The notes under the pieces: model-generated
Seen by the model: only the letters and a program-made list of their open reading frames with translations
Told to the model about the DNA's origin: nothing
The model's database searches: none
Program-made: the position numbers and the translations under genes
Shown here: piece after piece, positions 35,834 to 48,630 of the stretch
Numbering within the stretch: position 1 is the first letter of the stretch
How the letters are laid out: every line of letters begins with the position of its first letter
Assembly (NCBI GenBank): GCA_002269645.1
Contig: NIVC01002295.1
Location: forward strand, 124,001 to 188,000
Direction of reading: 5' to 3'
DNA: 64,000 bases
From: Macrostomum lignano
Taxonomy: Eukaryota

Positions 35834-36544
35834 CTATACCTATATTAATAGTTTGCGTACTATTCATATTAAAATCTTTCTTTTTATTAGAGGCCAAATT
35901 ATAAAAGAAACATTTATATAAGGGCCTATACCATATAGGCCCTAGTAATCAAATAGCCTTAGTATAGGTCTACTAATAATAATAATCTTATATGTTTGCA
36001 ATTGCTTATCTGCCAAATAGCTCAACCAATTTTCAATATTTCTTTACCAAAAGATGTCAAATGTGTCTAAATTGATATATAAATTTTAATGAGCTTTAGC
36101 TCATTGTTACAAGGATTAAATATTCAAAAAAAACTATATCATAGGGGCTTTTTAGTATATTTGCTTCTAAGCTAAATTTAACTGCACATTCAAATATTAG
36201 CAATAAAACTAAAAAAAATATAAAGACAATAAAAACCTCCTTCTAAGAGGGGATATGTCTCCAGTGTCTCCTTTTTTAGATATATCCCTGTTGGCCAGAC
36301 AATTACTTTATTTACATTGCATACCAATATGAGAAATGAGAAATAATTATTTGCTAGCTGGCAGACAGCTCTTTTTATAGCCTTAGCTAGTAACTAGCAA
36401 TCTTCGCCCCCCCCCCCGTTGGGGGACATCTGTATAGAATCTCTGCTCTCTACACGTAACAAAAAGATAGCCAAATAAAGCATTCACAAAGAAAATAGAC
36501 AAAATGCTTAAATGAAGTGCAATGCAAAAAGAAATCATCCCAAG

Positions 36545-37190
36545 ACAGCAAGCATCCCCCAGATAGCAAGTATCCCCCAGATTGCAAGCATCCCCCAGAT
36601 AGCAAGAATCCCCCAGATAGCAAACATCCCCCAAATTGCAAGCATCCCCCGGATAGCAAGCATCCCCCGGATAGCAAGCATCCCCCAGATTGCAAGCATC
36701 CCCCGGATAGCAAGCATCCCCTAGATTGCAAGCATCCCCCAGATAGCAAGCATCCCCCGGATAGCAAGCATCCCCCAGATTGCAAGCACCCCCCGGATAG
36801 CAAGCATCCCCCGGATAGCAAGCATCCCCCAGATAGCAAGCATCCCCAGGATAGCAAGCATCCCCCAGATAGCAAGCATCCCCCAGATAGTAAGCATCCC
36901 CCAGATAGCAAGCATCCCCCGGATAGCAAGCATCCCCCAGATTGCAAGCATTCTCTAGATAGCAAGCATCCCCCAGATAGCAAGCATCCCCCGGATAGCA
37001 AGCATCCCCCAGATTGCAAGTACCCCCCGGATAGCAAGCATCCCCAGGATAGCAAGCATCCCCCAGATAGCAAGCATCCCCCAGATAGCAAGCATCCCCA
37101 GGATAGCAAGCATCCCCCAGATAGCAAGCATCCCCCAGATAGTAAGCATCCCCCAGATAGCAAGCATCTTCCAGAGAGCAAGCAACCCCC
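36545..37190. repeat. 18-bp minisatellite
   Basis: Unit CCAGATAGCAAGCATCCC. Confidence 0.96.
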
Positions 37191-37204
37191 AAGACATTAA
37201 GTCA

Positions 37205-38375
37205 CATATATGTTTGACATGGTGGCTCTTAAATGTTTGATATGGTGGCTCTTAAATGTTTGACATGGTGGCACTTTAATGTTCTTCATGGTGGCTCTTT
37301 AATATTCTACATGGTGGCTCTTTTATGTTTGACATGGTGGCTTTTTAATCTTTGACATGGAGTCACGTATATGTTTGACATAGTGCTTATTTTATGTTTG
37401 GCATAGTGGCTCTTTTATGTTTGACATAAAGCCACATATATGTTTGACATGGTGGCTCTTTAATGTTCTTCATGGTGGTTTTTTAATATTCTACATGGTG
37501 GCTCTTTTATGTTCGACATGGTGGCTATTTTTTGTTCTACATGGTAACTCTTATGTTTGATATGGTGGCTTTTTAATGTCTGACATGGTGGCTCTTCTAT
37601 GTTTGACATGGTGGCTCTTTAATTTTGAACATGGTGGCTCTTTTATGTTTGACACAGTGGCTCCTTAATGTTCGATAAAGTGGCTATTTAATGTTTGACA
37701 TGGTGGCTCTTCAATGTTTTACATGGTGGCTCTTTAATGTTCGAAATGGTGGCTCTTTAAAGTTTGATATAAAGTCACATATATGTTTGACATGGTGGCT
37801 CTTAAATGTTTGACATGGTGACTCTTAAATGTTTGACATGGTAGCTCTTAAATTTTTGACATGGTGGCTCCTCAATGTTTTGACATGGTGGCTCTTAAAT
37901 GTTTTGACATGGTGGCTCTTAAATGTTTGACATGGTGGCTCTTTAATGTTCTTCATGGTGGCTCTTTAATATTCTACATGGTGGCTTTTTAATATTCTAC
38001 ATGGTGGCTCTTTTATGTTTGACATGGTGGCTGTAATTTGTTCTACATGGTAACTCTTTTATGTTTGATACGGTGGCTTTTTAATGTCTGACATGGTGGC
38101 TCTTTTGTGTTTGACATTGTGGCTCTTTTATGTTTGACATGGTGGCTCTTTAATTTTTAACATGGTGGCTCTTTAATGTTTGACACGGTGGCTCTTTAAT
38201 GTTTGACATGGTGGCTTTTTAATCTTTGACATGGAGTCACGTATATGTTTGACATAGTGCTTTTTTATGTTTGGCATAGTGGCTCTTTTATGTTTGACAT
38301 GGTAACTCTTTTTATATTTGAAATGTTGGCTCTTTAATGTTCAACATGGTAGCTCTTCTATGTTTGACATTGCAC
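37205..38375. repeat. Degenerate ~21-bp minisatellite
   Basis: Unit TTTGACATGGTGGCTCTTTAATG-like, about 55 copies. Confidence 0.94.
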
Positions 38376-38437
38376 TTCTATTATGTTTAGCAGTTTTGTG
38401 TTTTTAAGGTGTTTTGATAAAAAAATCTTTTTACACT

Positions 38438-38500
38438 ACTAAGATTCGAACCCAGGTCGCTACATTAGCATTCCAGTCTGTTTGCATCTTGGCTATCTCT
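38438..38500 (-). mobile_element. Degenerate tRNA-like head (old SINE remnant?)
   Basis: The minus strand shows A-box-like TAGCCAAGATG and B-box-like GGTTCGAATCT; no recognisable body. Confidence 0.3.
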
Positions 38501-39929
38501 TTTCAATTGGAGAACACAAATTGTGGCCCTTATAATTCAATTCTTACAGCAAGTCAATTGAAGTAAAAAGTTATGACATAATCAATTTCTCAGTCAGCCA
38601 GTATCAGTCCCAATTTAAGTTAGCAATATGGTTACGCAATATAAATCAAGTCATGTGTGCATTTCTTCGGCACTGTTTTCAACTTGTTGTGATGCAATCC
38701 TTATCACAATCGGAATTCAGCCAGTCAGTTTTTTCTCTAGCATTCTTACAATGCATTCCAGGTCGAAAGAGCTGCTTGACCTTTGCAAAAAAGCATGTTT
38801 TTCGAATAATTAATCCCTTTCTTTAACATTGAGCAATTTCTTAGCCAAGATGCATGTACCGTCCCAGGAAAATTTCTGATTGAATGGTGCAAGTTTGAAA
38901 AAAAAATCGGTTGAGCCATTTTTTCTGAAATCTATCGCATAGCTAGTTACACTTACAGACATTTCATTTTTAGTATATAGGACTAGGGCCTAGTTTTATA
39001 TATTATTCTATTTTCTAAATTATCTTTTGTATAGATTAATACTATACAAATGCCATATAACACACCATACATTACATTATTATAAGCTGAATAAAATATT
39101 GAGATAATCTTTACTTTTACTTCTCTAACATTTTAGTTTATTTATATTTTATGCTTAATTAAAAGAAAAAAGAAAAATTATTGTATTTCCATTGTTCTAA
39201 ATGTTTTTTTCTAAATTCCATATTTTATAATTAAATTAAAAGTACTAGATCCATACTGTCTAATACACTGGCCATTTTGATTGTGATATTAGGCCTCCCT
39301 CAGCCACTAGGCCCTACCAAGGGAATTGGCTAGCCTAGCCTATCACTATCAATATATAGAAAAATTACTTAGGCCTAGCAAAAAACTTCTGCCTAATACA
39401 AAGCCAAAACATTAGTTATCGTTTATTTTTTATCTATTTAAAGATAAAGCCCTTACTATTTTTATTAAAAACTGTTTATGTGCAGCAAATTTCTTGGTTC
39501 TTTAAACATAGATTGAAGGCCCCACGCCCGAAATGTATCTAAATAATAAAATACTAGCCATTTCTATAGCAAAGAGTTAGAAAACACGAAATGTTTTTAG
39601 CTATCTATTAGAATCAATTAATTTTCAACCGTGTCTATAATATAAATAGACCTATACCCTGTAACAGTCAATAGAATTTTTGCTTGTTATTTCTTTTCGT
39701 CCATTGATTTAATTTTCTGTGCTTTTTATAAGCAATCGTAAAAATTTTAAACTAAAATATTTATAAAACCTCTTTTTAAAGAGTTTAAACGTTTAAATTT
39801 TTTTCTTTACTCACTGCTACTAATATATTGTAAAACTTTGTTGTATCTTTTTTGTCATAACGGTTGCGTTTTAAATTATTGATTCGAATTGTGTGTTACC
39901 AAAAGATTTTCGAAATAGAAATAGAATAG

Positions 39930-40460
39930 CTACCACCTGAAAGCCTGAGCTATTACCTGAAAGCATGAGCTACTAGCCTACTACCTGAAAGCCTGGGCTA
40001 CCACCTGAAAGCCTGAGCTACCACCTCAAAGCCTAGCTAAGCCACAATCTAAAAGGAACGATAATTGTCTCTCATTGCAAAACAGTTTGTTCAATTCTGG
40101 CAGCTTTAGCGTCAACTAGAATTTCTGGGTATTTCTGGTAGGGACGAGTGGAGTGTTTCTGGTAAGGACGAGTGGAGTATTTCTGGTAGGGACGAGTGAA
40201 GTGATTCTGGTAGGGACAAGTGAAGTGATTCTGGTAGGGACGAATGGAGTGATTCTGGTAGGGACGAGTGGAGTGATTCTGGTAGGGACGAGTGGAGTGA
40301 TTCTGGTAGGGACGAGTGGAGTGATTCTGGTAGGGACGAGTGGAGTGATTCTGGTAGGGACGAGTGGAGTGATTTTGGTAGGGACGAGTGGAGTGATTCA
40401 GGTAGGGACGAGTGGATCGTGATTTTGGTAGGGACGAGTGGAGTGATTCTGGTAAAGACA
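39930..40460. repeat. Two minisatellites (20-bp at 39930-40040; 24-bp at 40130-40460)
   Basis: Units CTACCACCTGAAAGCCTGAG and GGTAGGGACGAGTGGAGTGATTCT. Confidence 0.9.
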
Positions 40461-40533
40461 GAGAAGAATCTAAGGACTAAGTGTCAATAAAAGGTCGTAT
40501 TTGAGGCTGACAAGATGCGAGTTTCTCCCGCAG

Positions 40534-41620
40534 ATGAGCTCGAGCATGTACATGGAAAAGTTGTCAGGCTACGTGTACGGCGGTGCCAACTTTACAGCCA
40601 TCCAGTTGAGACACTTCGGAAGCGAAAATTTTTCTGATGACGCCCAGGTGAGAAAACACAAATGATGAATAACGGATTGACTCGCTTTGAAAGCTGCAGT
40701 CACTTAAAGTGACTACAGTAAATAATTAATGGAACAGATCAGAAGTGGCTTATGAATTATCGCTGTTTGCTACAATTTTGCATGAACAGCCAGCAAATAG
40801 GCCAATGCTCCCGTGAGACTGCTCACTCTGTCTGTGCTAATCGAAACTGAAATTGACGCTTCTCAGTGAGGGACTTATGACTGGTGTTTATTTCATTTGT
40901 TAGGCCAGGGGCTCTTAGAGGCCAACAAGCTTCACGGCTTGAATACGGAGACTTCTGACACTAACCTGACACTGACACCTTCGGGAAACAATGATTGGAA
41001 CCATTTTCTTTAGAGCTTGAAACGAAGTACTGCAGTGAATAATAATTTCTGCTTCAGCTCGACCAGATACTTAATTCAGAGGCCGAACAGGTGCCGCAAG
41101 CTGCTTACCTGACCACCAAGTCGAGCGACAGGCCCGACGGCTCGAACTCACAAGCACGAAGCTTCACATAGTAGAAATCTTTTCAAGTTGTGAGCTCACG
41201 GAAGTAAATTTTTAGTTGATTATAAAACTTCTTTTCACCTAAGCTTTAGAAAAAATCCAACTCAATGGCCCATTCAGACAGAAACTTTCTCTCTTGCAAA
41301 TGCAATACAGGCTACTCATGTCAGTAGCAATAATAAAATACTCGTACAATCAGAAAAACAAACAATCATCTGTGCGAAAAGCTAACTGAAGAGATTTCGC
41401 ACCTGCAAAAGGAGCAGTACTTGAGCAGCTCACCGAGCATTAGCTCAAGCGTTACAATGTCACCAAGCCGTGCAGCGAGCTGGCAGCCAACAAAACCGAC
41501 ACCAGCGTATTCGGCGTCGACGCCGTCAGAGGCGTCTTCGTGGCCCTGCTAAGCGGCCTGTCCGCGGCTGTCTGTGTCTGCCTGTTGAAACTGTTAATTC
41601 ACTCCGTACGGCTGACCTGA
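40534..41620 (+). pseudogene. Ionotropic glutamate receptor remnant (ATD-like exon + disrupted S2/M4 segment)
   Basis: Exon 40534-40647 LSGYVYGGANFTAIQL resembles AMPA-type ATD GGANVSGFQI. 41373-41620 reads EKLTEEISHLQKEQYL(fs)EQLTEH*LKRY...TSVFGVDAVRGVFVALLSGL, in register with S2-M4 of iGluRs, with a frameshift near 41423 and TAG at 41441-41443 where Trp is expected. Confidence 0.65.
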
Positions 41621-41654
41621 AGTTCCGACGTGAGCCGTCTGCTGTCTGCCTTAG

Positions 41655-41895
<241 letters not shown>

Positions 41896-41919
41896 GTCTA
41901 ATAAAGATAAAGAGGATAA

Positions 41920-42700
41920 AGAGGGGAGAGTAGCGAGGAGAGAAGGGAGAGTAGCAAAAAGAGAAGGGAGAGTAGCGAGGAGAGAAGGGAGAGTAGCAAG
42001 AAGAGAAGGGAGAGTAGCGAGGAGAGAAGTGAGAGTAGCAAGAAGAGAATTGAGAGTAGCGAGGAGAGAAGGGAGAGTAGCAAGAAGAGAAGGGAGAGTA
42101 GCGAGGAGAGAAGTGAGAGTAGCAAGAAGAGAATTGAGATTAGCGAAGAGAGAAGGGAGAGTAGCGAGGAGAGAAGTGAGAGTAGCAAGAAGAGAAGTGA
42201 GAGTAGCGAGGAGAGAATGGAGAGTAGCGAGGAGAGAAGGGAGAGTAGCGAGGAGAGAAGGGAGAGTAGCGAGGAGAGAAGTGAGAGTAGGGAGGAGAGA
42301 AGTGAGAGTAGGGAGGAGAGAAGTGAGAGTAGGGAGGAGAGAAGGGAGAGTAGCGAAGAGAGAATGGAGAGTAGCGAGGAGATAAGTGAGAGTAGCGAGG
42401 AGAGAAGTGAGAGTAGCGAGGAGATAAGTGAGAGTAGCGAGGAGAGAAGTGAGAGTAGCAAAAAGAGAAGGGAGAGTAGCAAAAAGAGAAGGGAGAGTAG
42501 CGAGGAGAGAAGTGAGAGTAGCGAGGAGAGAAGGGAGAGTAGCGAGGAGAGAAGGGAGAGTAGCGAGGAGAGAAGGGAGAGTAGCGAGGAGAGAAGGGAG
42601 AGTAGCGAGGAGAGAAGGGAGAGTAGCGAGGAGAGAAGGGAGAGTAGCGAGGAGAGAAGGGAGAGTAGCGAGGAGAGAAGGGAGAGTAGCGAGGAGAGAG
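41920..42700. repeat. 21-bp purine-rich minisatellite
   Basis: Unit GAGAGTAGCGAGGAGAGAAGG. Confidence 0.95.
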
Positions 42701-43629
42701 TAAATGTGTGAGTAATGAAAGGCATTGTGCAGGCCTTTTCAGTTTAAAAAATTGTAAGACACTTTGAGTTTCCAGCGGCTGCTCTCTCAAAACAAACAAA
42801 AATTGATGAATGCCGTAAATTAAAAAAAATTCTGTTTTTGATAGAATCTACAAAACTGAAACCGACACGTATCGGGTTTTGAAAGAAAAAATTGTCTCTT
42901 GACACCCCCAGCCGCCTACTGAACACCCACCGGGCGTCTCCGTGATGAATGATGTGCACTAAACTGCATCGGAAAAGGGCAGGCTAATGGATTTGGTTGA
43001 AAATTCAGCTGAAACCTACACAGCTTCATCAGACAGACTAAAAAGGAACGCCGATTTCCCTTGGGACAAATCTAACTGAACTGCTAAAAACCTGAGGCAG
43101 GAAATTCCCCTACAAATCTCTATCAGTCTGTCTGTTGCATGGCAGCTTACTAGACTAAACGATTCGGTATGCTTAAAAGTGCTCTTAAACTGGGGTGAGT
43201 CGAGCAGACCCCGCCGTGATTTTTTAGTGGAGAACTCTGTAGCGGGAGTTCACTCTCTTGCCTGGCTTTTTCCCTGGGGTCCGGAATGTGGGATAAGGCT
43301 CCAGGGATCGAATGTGTCCCACACCCTGGGGCCTGGACTGCGCGGACCGAAGGCACTTAATTAAAAAAAACACCAAGCTAAAATGTGTTTGGCGCGTACT
43401 TGCCGCTTGACTGATTAGGCTGACCGACTGTTTCTGAACACTGCCACTTAACCTCGATGCGTACTCTGGACATTAGCTGCGCTTTTAAGATCTGTGCGGC
43501 CGGCCTCGCACTTTTAGCCACTTCCTCTGTGCGACTTTTCTTTGTGTAGATTGATTGATCCTTCCGTTTGTCTGGTTTCCTTTTGCTTGCTAATATATTG
43601 TTTAACGAGTTCTGACTCCTGCGAACGTT

Positions 43630-44030
43630 TTGCCTCGCTCTTTGCCTCGCTCTCTGCACTTTGCACTCTTCTCTCTCCTCTCTCCTCTGTCCCCTTCTCT
43701 CTCCACTCTCCTCTCTCGACTCTCCTCTTTCCTCTCTCCTGTCTCCACTCTACACTCCCCTCTCTCCTCTGTCCCCTCTCCTGTCTCCACTCTCCTCTTT
43801 CCTCTTTTCTCTCTCCTCTCTCCTCTCTCCTGTCTCCACTCTCCACTCTCCTGTATCCTCTCTCCTCTCTCCTCTGTCCCCTTCTCTCTCCACTCTCCTC
43901 TCTCGACTCTCCTCTTTCCTCTCTCCTGTCTCCACTCTACACTCCCCTCTCTCCATCCTCCACTCTCTACTCCCTCGCTCTCTCTAGTCTCTGTAAACTC
44001 TTCTCTCTACTCTTTGCTCTCTCCACTCTC
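43630..44030. repeat. CT-rich low-complexity tract
   Basis: Pyrimidine run with an internal duplicated block. Confidence 0.88.
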
Positions 44031-44644
44031 TTCTTGTTTCCCCATTTTACCTCATACATAAGCCTCTCAATTCATCATCGCAAACTGATTTCTCATGAAT
44101 TTTCATGCAACCCTGATCGCCCCAATCTCTGCGCAGCACCTGAAAAATCCCTGTCTGATAATCGATTCTCATCGCCCCGATCCATTCGAATTAATTCTCT
44201 TCCCAGAAATTTCATTTCTCTTTCCCCAGCAAAGCCGTACTCGTCAGCTGTTCCACTAAGCCCGGGTCTCTTGCTTGCGGTTCCCATCGTCCTATGCTCT
44301 ACAACATACTCGTAGCTAAGCCGGGCCGGGCCGGGCCAATGCAGACAGTTGAGCAACCAGTGCTTACAAAACATGCAGCCAGCAGTCTCTCTTCTTCATC
44401 TTTCTATAGCTCATATCATCTCCTCTCACGAATTCATTCAGGCATCTGCCCGAATCTCATCGCAACAGATTTCGTGATTTCTCATCTTCGCTATGAATAA
44501 TAAATTGCTGGCTAAGCTTTGGGAACCTGGCGTCTGCGTCTCTCGATGGGTTAGCGCGGCATGTCCTTTTTCATAGTGCATACATGGCCTCTATACACTG
44601 CATCATGGCTATCTCACACTTTCTGGCCTTAAGTGACCGCTTTC

Positions 44645-44698
44645 TGTCTGTCTGCCTGTCTGTCTGTCTGTCTTTCTTTCTGTCTGTCTGCCTGTCTA

Positions 44699-44768
<70 letters not shown>
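44645..44768. repeat. (GTCT)n microsatellite
   Basis: About 30 copies. Confidence 0.95.
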
Positions 44769-45463
44769 CAACCATCCAGCTCTCAGCTGACCTGAATTTC
44801 ACTTTGGCACATGAAAAGCCGCAAGCGCGTCAAGCATTTAATTGGAGATCGCGGCCCTGGCGATATTGCAGTTCCGCAATTCGAGCCTAAGGGCCCAGCA
44901 TATGAATCTGGAATATTTTCCAGTCAGAGATGAGGTCGAGGCTAGAAACTGCGGGACGTCAGAATATCAGCGTTAAATGCGGCATCAGTCAATCCCTCCA
45001 CTCTGCCGCTTCTATTTTGGTCTCACTCAGAAAAAAATTCAAATAGCGAAAAATGCTTCGCCTCTTTTACATTTTCTGGTCGCAGATCTGCCAGCGAAGA
45101 GCAATTCCAGCAACGCTGAGCCGGTGCAGAGAAAGAAAGGGTTGGGAAAAAGAGATCGTATCGCCGCTCTTCAAATCTCCCCCCCCCCGCAGTCACGAAT
45201 TCGTCCCCAATAGCGGCGGCGAGCACAGAGTTTGGCGGGGTTCCGGCTTTACCCATGCAGCCTCCTCTAGCTTCATCAGTCGCGGACCAACTGGCGGCTC
45301 TGGAGATCGGAGAAAAGGGTAGAGGGAGCAGCTACTAGGGGAGAAAAAGGGATCTAGCTATGCGGATAATAAGACACAGGAGCAGTAGAAGAAATAAAGA
45401 CGCATGGGATAAAAGAATAAAGAGCTGAGCAGTTGATCTCCACTACAGAAGTTCTGCATAGCC

Positions 45464-46186
45464 ATGGCTCTGCTGCTGGCCGAGCAGAGACAGCCGCTGA
45501 TTGTGGGCAGAGAATCCGGTCTCCCAGCTGCTCAGCCGCAGCCTCTTGAATTCCTGCAGCATCAGCGACGACTCGAGCCGGCTTCATCATCGTCGCCGTC
45601 GTCGCAGGCGCGTCCGTCCTTTCAGATCCAAGCGCTGGACGCGTCGCCACGCCCGTTGCGAGTCGTCGTTCAACCCGACGCGACCATCGGAGGCGGTGCC
45701 GCCAGCCGCTGCGTCCTCATCGCCAACAGCGGCGCCCGCGAGTGCACCTGCGCCAGCTTGACAGCTTCGCGGCTTCCCTCGCCGACGATCCCGCCGGCAG
45801 CTCCGTCGTTGTCGTCGCCGAAAACGACGCGGTCGCCTCCGCCGTTGTCAGTGCCGCCGCTGCTGCAACCGCCGGCGCAGTCGCCAAATGAGTCGCCAAA
45901 TCCTCAGAGAATCACCTACCTGGGCATGTCGTTTGTCACCTGCATCTTCTTCAACTTCCTGTTCGGCGGTCTGGCAGTCCTCGTGTCCATCCGGTCGCAT
46001 CGGACTCTGGCGGCCAGCTCGACGGCCGACACGGCAGCCGGCGTTGGCAGGCAGCGGCGCAAAGCCGCCCAGCTGGGCCGGTGTGCCTGCTGGCTGAATT
46101 TGCTGGGCATCGTCATCTCCATGGCAACGGTTATTGCATTCTTTCAGACTTATTTGCACCCCGAACAGGCTGGCAAGCATAAGTGA
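45464..46186 (+). CDS. CD225/dispanin-family membrane protein (PRRT/SynDIG-like)
   Basis: Pro/Ser-rich N-terminus, then YLGMSFVTCIFFNFLFGGLAVLVSIRS...KAAQLGRCACWLNLLGIVI (two hydrophobic segments typical of CD225). Confidence 0.82.
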   Translation: MALLLAEQRQPLIVGRESGLPAAQPQPLEFLQHQRRLEPASSSSPSSQARPSFQIQALDASPRPLRVVVQPDATIGGGAASRCVLIANSGARECTCASLTASRLPSPTIPPAAPSLSSPKTTRSPPPLSVPPLLQPPAQSPNESPNPQRITYLGMSFVTCIFFNFLFGGLAVLVSIRSHRTLAASSTADTAAGVGRQRRKAAQLGRCACWLNLLGIVISMATVIAFFQTYLHPEQAGKHK

Positions 46187-46264
46187 CTCTTGAGCTGAGT
46201 TTAACTTTCATTATCACTAACCCAAATACTAACCCCTTAACCCCTTGTATACTCGTAGTTGGGT

Positions 46265-46700
46265 GTCAGTTGGCGCTAAATTTGAGTCAATGGACTTCAT
46301 GAATTATTCGTCAGTTGGCGCTAAATTTGAGTCAATGGACTTCATGAATTATTCGTCAGTTGGCGCTAAATTTGAGTCAATGGACTTCATGAATTATTCG
46401 TCAGTTGGCGCTAAATTTGAATCAATGGACTTCATGAATTATTCGTCAGTTGGCGCTAACTTTGAGTCAATTAACGCCATCAATTAGTTGTCAGTTGGCG
46501 CTAACTTTGAGTCAATTAACGCCATCAATTAGTTGTCAGTTGGCGCTAACTTTGAGTCAATTAACGCCATCAATTAGTTGTCAGTTGGCGCTAACTTTGA
46601 GTCAATTAACGCCATCAATTAGTTGTCAGTTGGCGCTAACTTTGAGTCAATTAACGCCTTAAATTATTCGTCAGTTGGCGCTAAATTTGAGTCAATTAGA
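46265..46700. repeat. 45-bp tandem repeat with two sub-types
   Basis: GTCAGTTGGCGCTAAATTTGAGTCAATGGACTTCATGAATTATTC x4, then a variant with a different second half x4. Confidence 0.94.
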
Positions 46701-47384
46701 AATATACGAAGTAGCTCGTAGTTGTCAGTTCAATCAAATTCTCAATTTATGCATTTTGTAATGTCAAATACTAAACCTCATTTCTGAGGAATATATTTCA
46801 TAATTCACTCAACTCAGAGGTATTCTAGCCATGCTAGAAATATCCTACCAGTTGATGTTGTCAAATTCTAAACTACAGAACACAGCTACATACGCATATA
46901 CGATGCATTAACCTGGCCTCGCTCTGAACAAAGGCTGCAGGAAATAGCTAGTTTCCTATATATAGCACAGCGCATCTGGCCTAATAAATCTTATAGTAGA
47001 GAGTAGCTGTATGCAGCTTGACTCCGCGAGCATTTCCCTTTAGCAGGAACCGAGCACCCGCCCTCGCCCTCGTTGAAAGCATCTGTCTTGCACTTTACGA
47101 GCCAGTAATCTACGACAGGCAAGTGTACAGTGAACATGGCTCTCTATAAGCTATAACTGGCTAATTATAGAAACCCGCGAGAGTCGCGTGTACATTTTGC
47201 TACATGCCATACATATAATGGGTAATTTTTCTTACTCCGAACCGAATGCATCTGCTGGAGTCAAAATTTACATCGTTGCAAATGATTGCTGCAGATTTTT
47301 TATTTCTTGAAACTGAGCTCTATCAGTTAACGCATTGCTACTTATAAGTATCTCATCTAATTATAAATATTTCCTGCTTTAAGT

Positions 47385-48330
47385 CTCTGTTGTCACCCCT
47401 GAGGGATCAGTTGTTGTCACCCCTGAGGGATCAGTTGTTGTCACCCATGAAGGGTCAGTTGTTGTCACCCATAAGGAATCAGTTGTTGTCACCCCTGAGT
47501 GATCGGTTGTTGTTACCCCTGAGTGATCGGTTGTTGTCACCCATGAGGGATCAGTTGTTGTCACCCATGAGGGATCAGTTGTTGTTACCCCTGAGGGATC
47601 AGTTGTTGTCACCCATGAGGGATCAGTTGTTGTCACCCCTGAGGGATCAGTTGTTGTCACCCATGAAGGATCAGTTGTTGTCACCCCTGAGGGATCAGTT
47701 GTTGTCACCCATGAGGGATCAGTTGCATGTTGTCACCCCTGAGGGATCAGTTGTTGTCACCCCTGAGGGATCAGTTGTTGTCACCCATGAGGGATCAGTT
47801 GTTGTCACCCCTGAGGGATCAGTTGCATGTTGTCACCCCTGAGGGATCAGTTGTTGTCACCCCTGAGGGATCAGTTGCATGTTGTCACCCCTGAGGGATC
47901 AGTTGTTGTCACCCCTGAGGGATCAGTTGCATGTTGTCACCCCTGAGGGATCAGTTGTTGTCACCCCTGAGGGATCAGTTGCATGTTGTCACCCATGAGG
48001 GATCAGTTGTTGTCACCCATGAGGGATCAGTTGTTGTCACCCCAGAGGGATCAGTTGTTGTCACCCCTGAGGGATCAGTTGCATGTTGTCACCCATGAGG
48101 GATCAGTTGTTGTCACCCCAGAGGGATCAGTTGTTGTCACCCATGAGGGATCAGTTGTTGTCACCCATGAGGGATCAGTTGTTGTCACCCATGAGGGATC
48201 AGTTGTTGTCACCCATGAGGGATCAGTTGTTGTCACCCATGAAGGATCAGTTGCATGTTGTCACCCATGAGGGATCAGTTGTTGTCACCCATGAGGGATC
48301 AGTTGTTGTCACCCATGAGGGATCAGTTGC
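47385..48330. repeat. 24-bp minisatellite
   Basis: Unit GGGATCAGTTGTTGTCACCC(C/A)TGA with GCAT insertion variants. Confidence 0.96.
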
Positions 48331-48630
48331 TGGTGATGGTGTTCTTTGTATGGTCGTGTCGGGCGTCTTGTCTTGTTCACTTGCATTTTCTCCCAGGCTT
48401 CCATTTGCCTGACGCGTTGTTTAATCCAGTTCCTCCAGTCTTCGCGATCTAAGAACATCCGTTAAACCTCCATCGGGTCTAGGCCTCCTTCCCTAAGTAC
48501 GCTCGTAGCTTCTTCATTTGGTATACTTTCCAGACCCCGGAACCATCCGAGTACGGCTCTTTTCGCTATCAAGTACGGGCGTACTGAGCATACGAGTATC
48601 TTCTATCGTCGGTGTGCTTACGATGCAGTA
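48330..48630 (-). mobile_element. Degenerate non-LTR retrotransposon (RTE-like) C-terminal fragment
   Basis: The minus frame reads PYLIAKRAVLGWF...*RMFLDREDWRNWIKQRVRQMEAWEK, resembling the post-RT tail of RTE-clade LINEs (PKxxLFG...DRxxWR); in-frame stops present. Confidence 0.45.

Noticed and set aside
43003-43040. Hammerhead ribozyme candidate on the minus strand (CTGATGA + 5-bp stem AGCTG/CAGCT)
   Set aside because: The core continues GAAT rather than GAAA, and no compatible stem I or III with an NUH cleavage site could be built.
43270-43350. HDV-like ribozyme
   Set aside because: It has crossing stems and a CGAAT word, but only 5-8 nt where P3/L3/P1.1 (13-14 nt) is required, on either strand.
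44229-44315. Possible terminal exon encoding a GPI-signal-like hydrophobic tail
   Set aside because: There is a good polypyrimidine acceptor but no supportable upstream exons.
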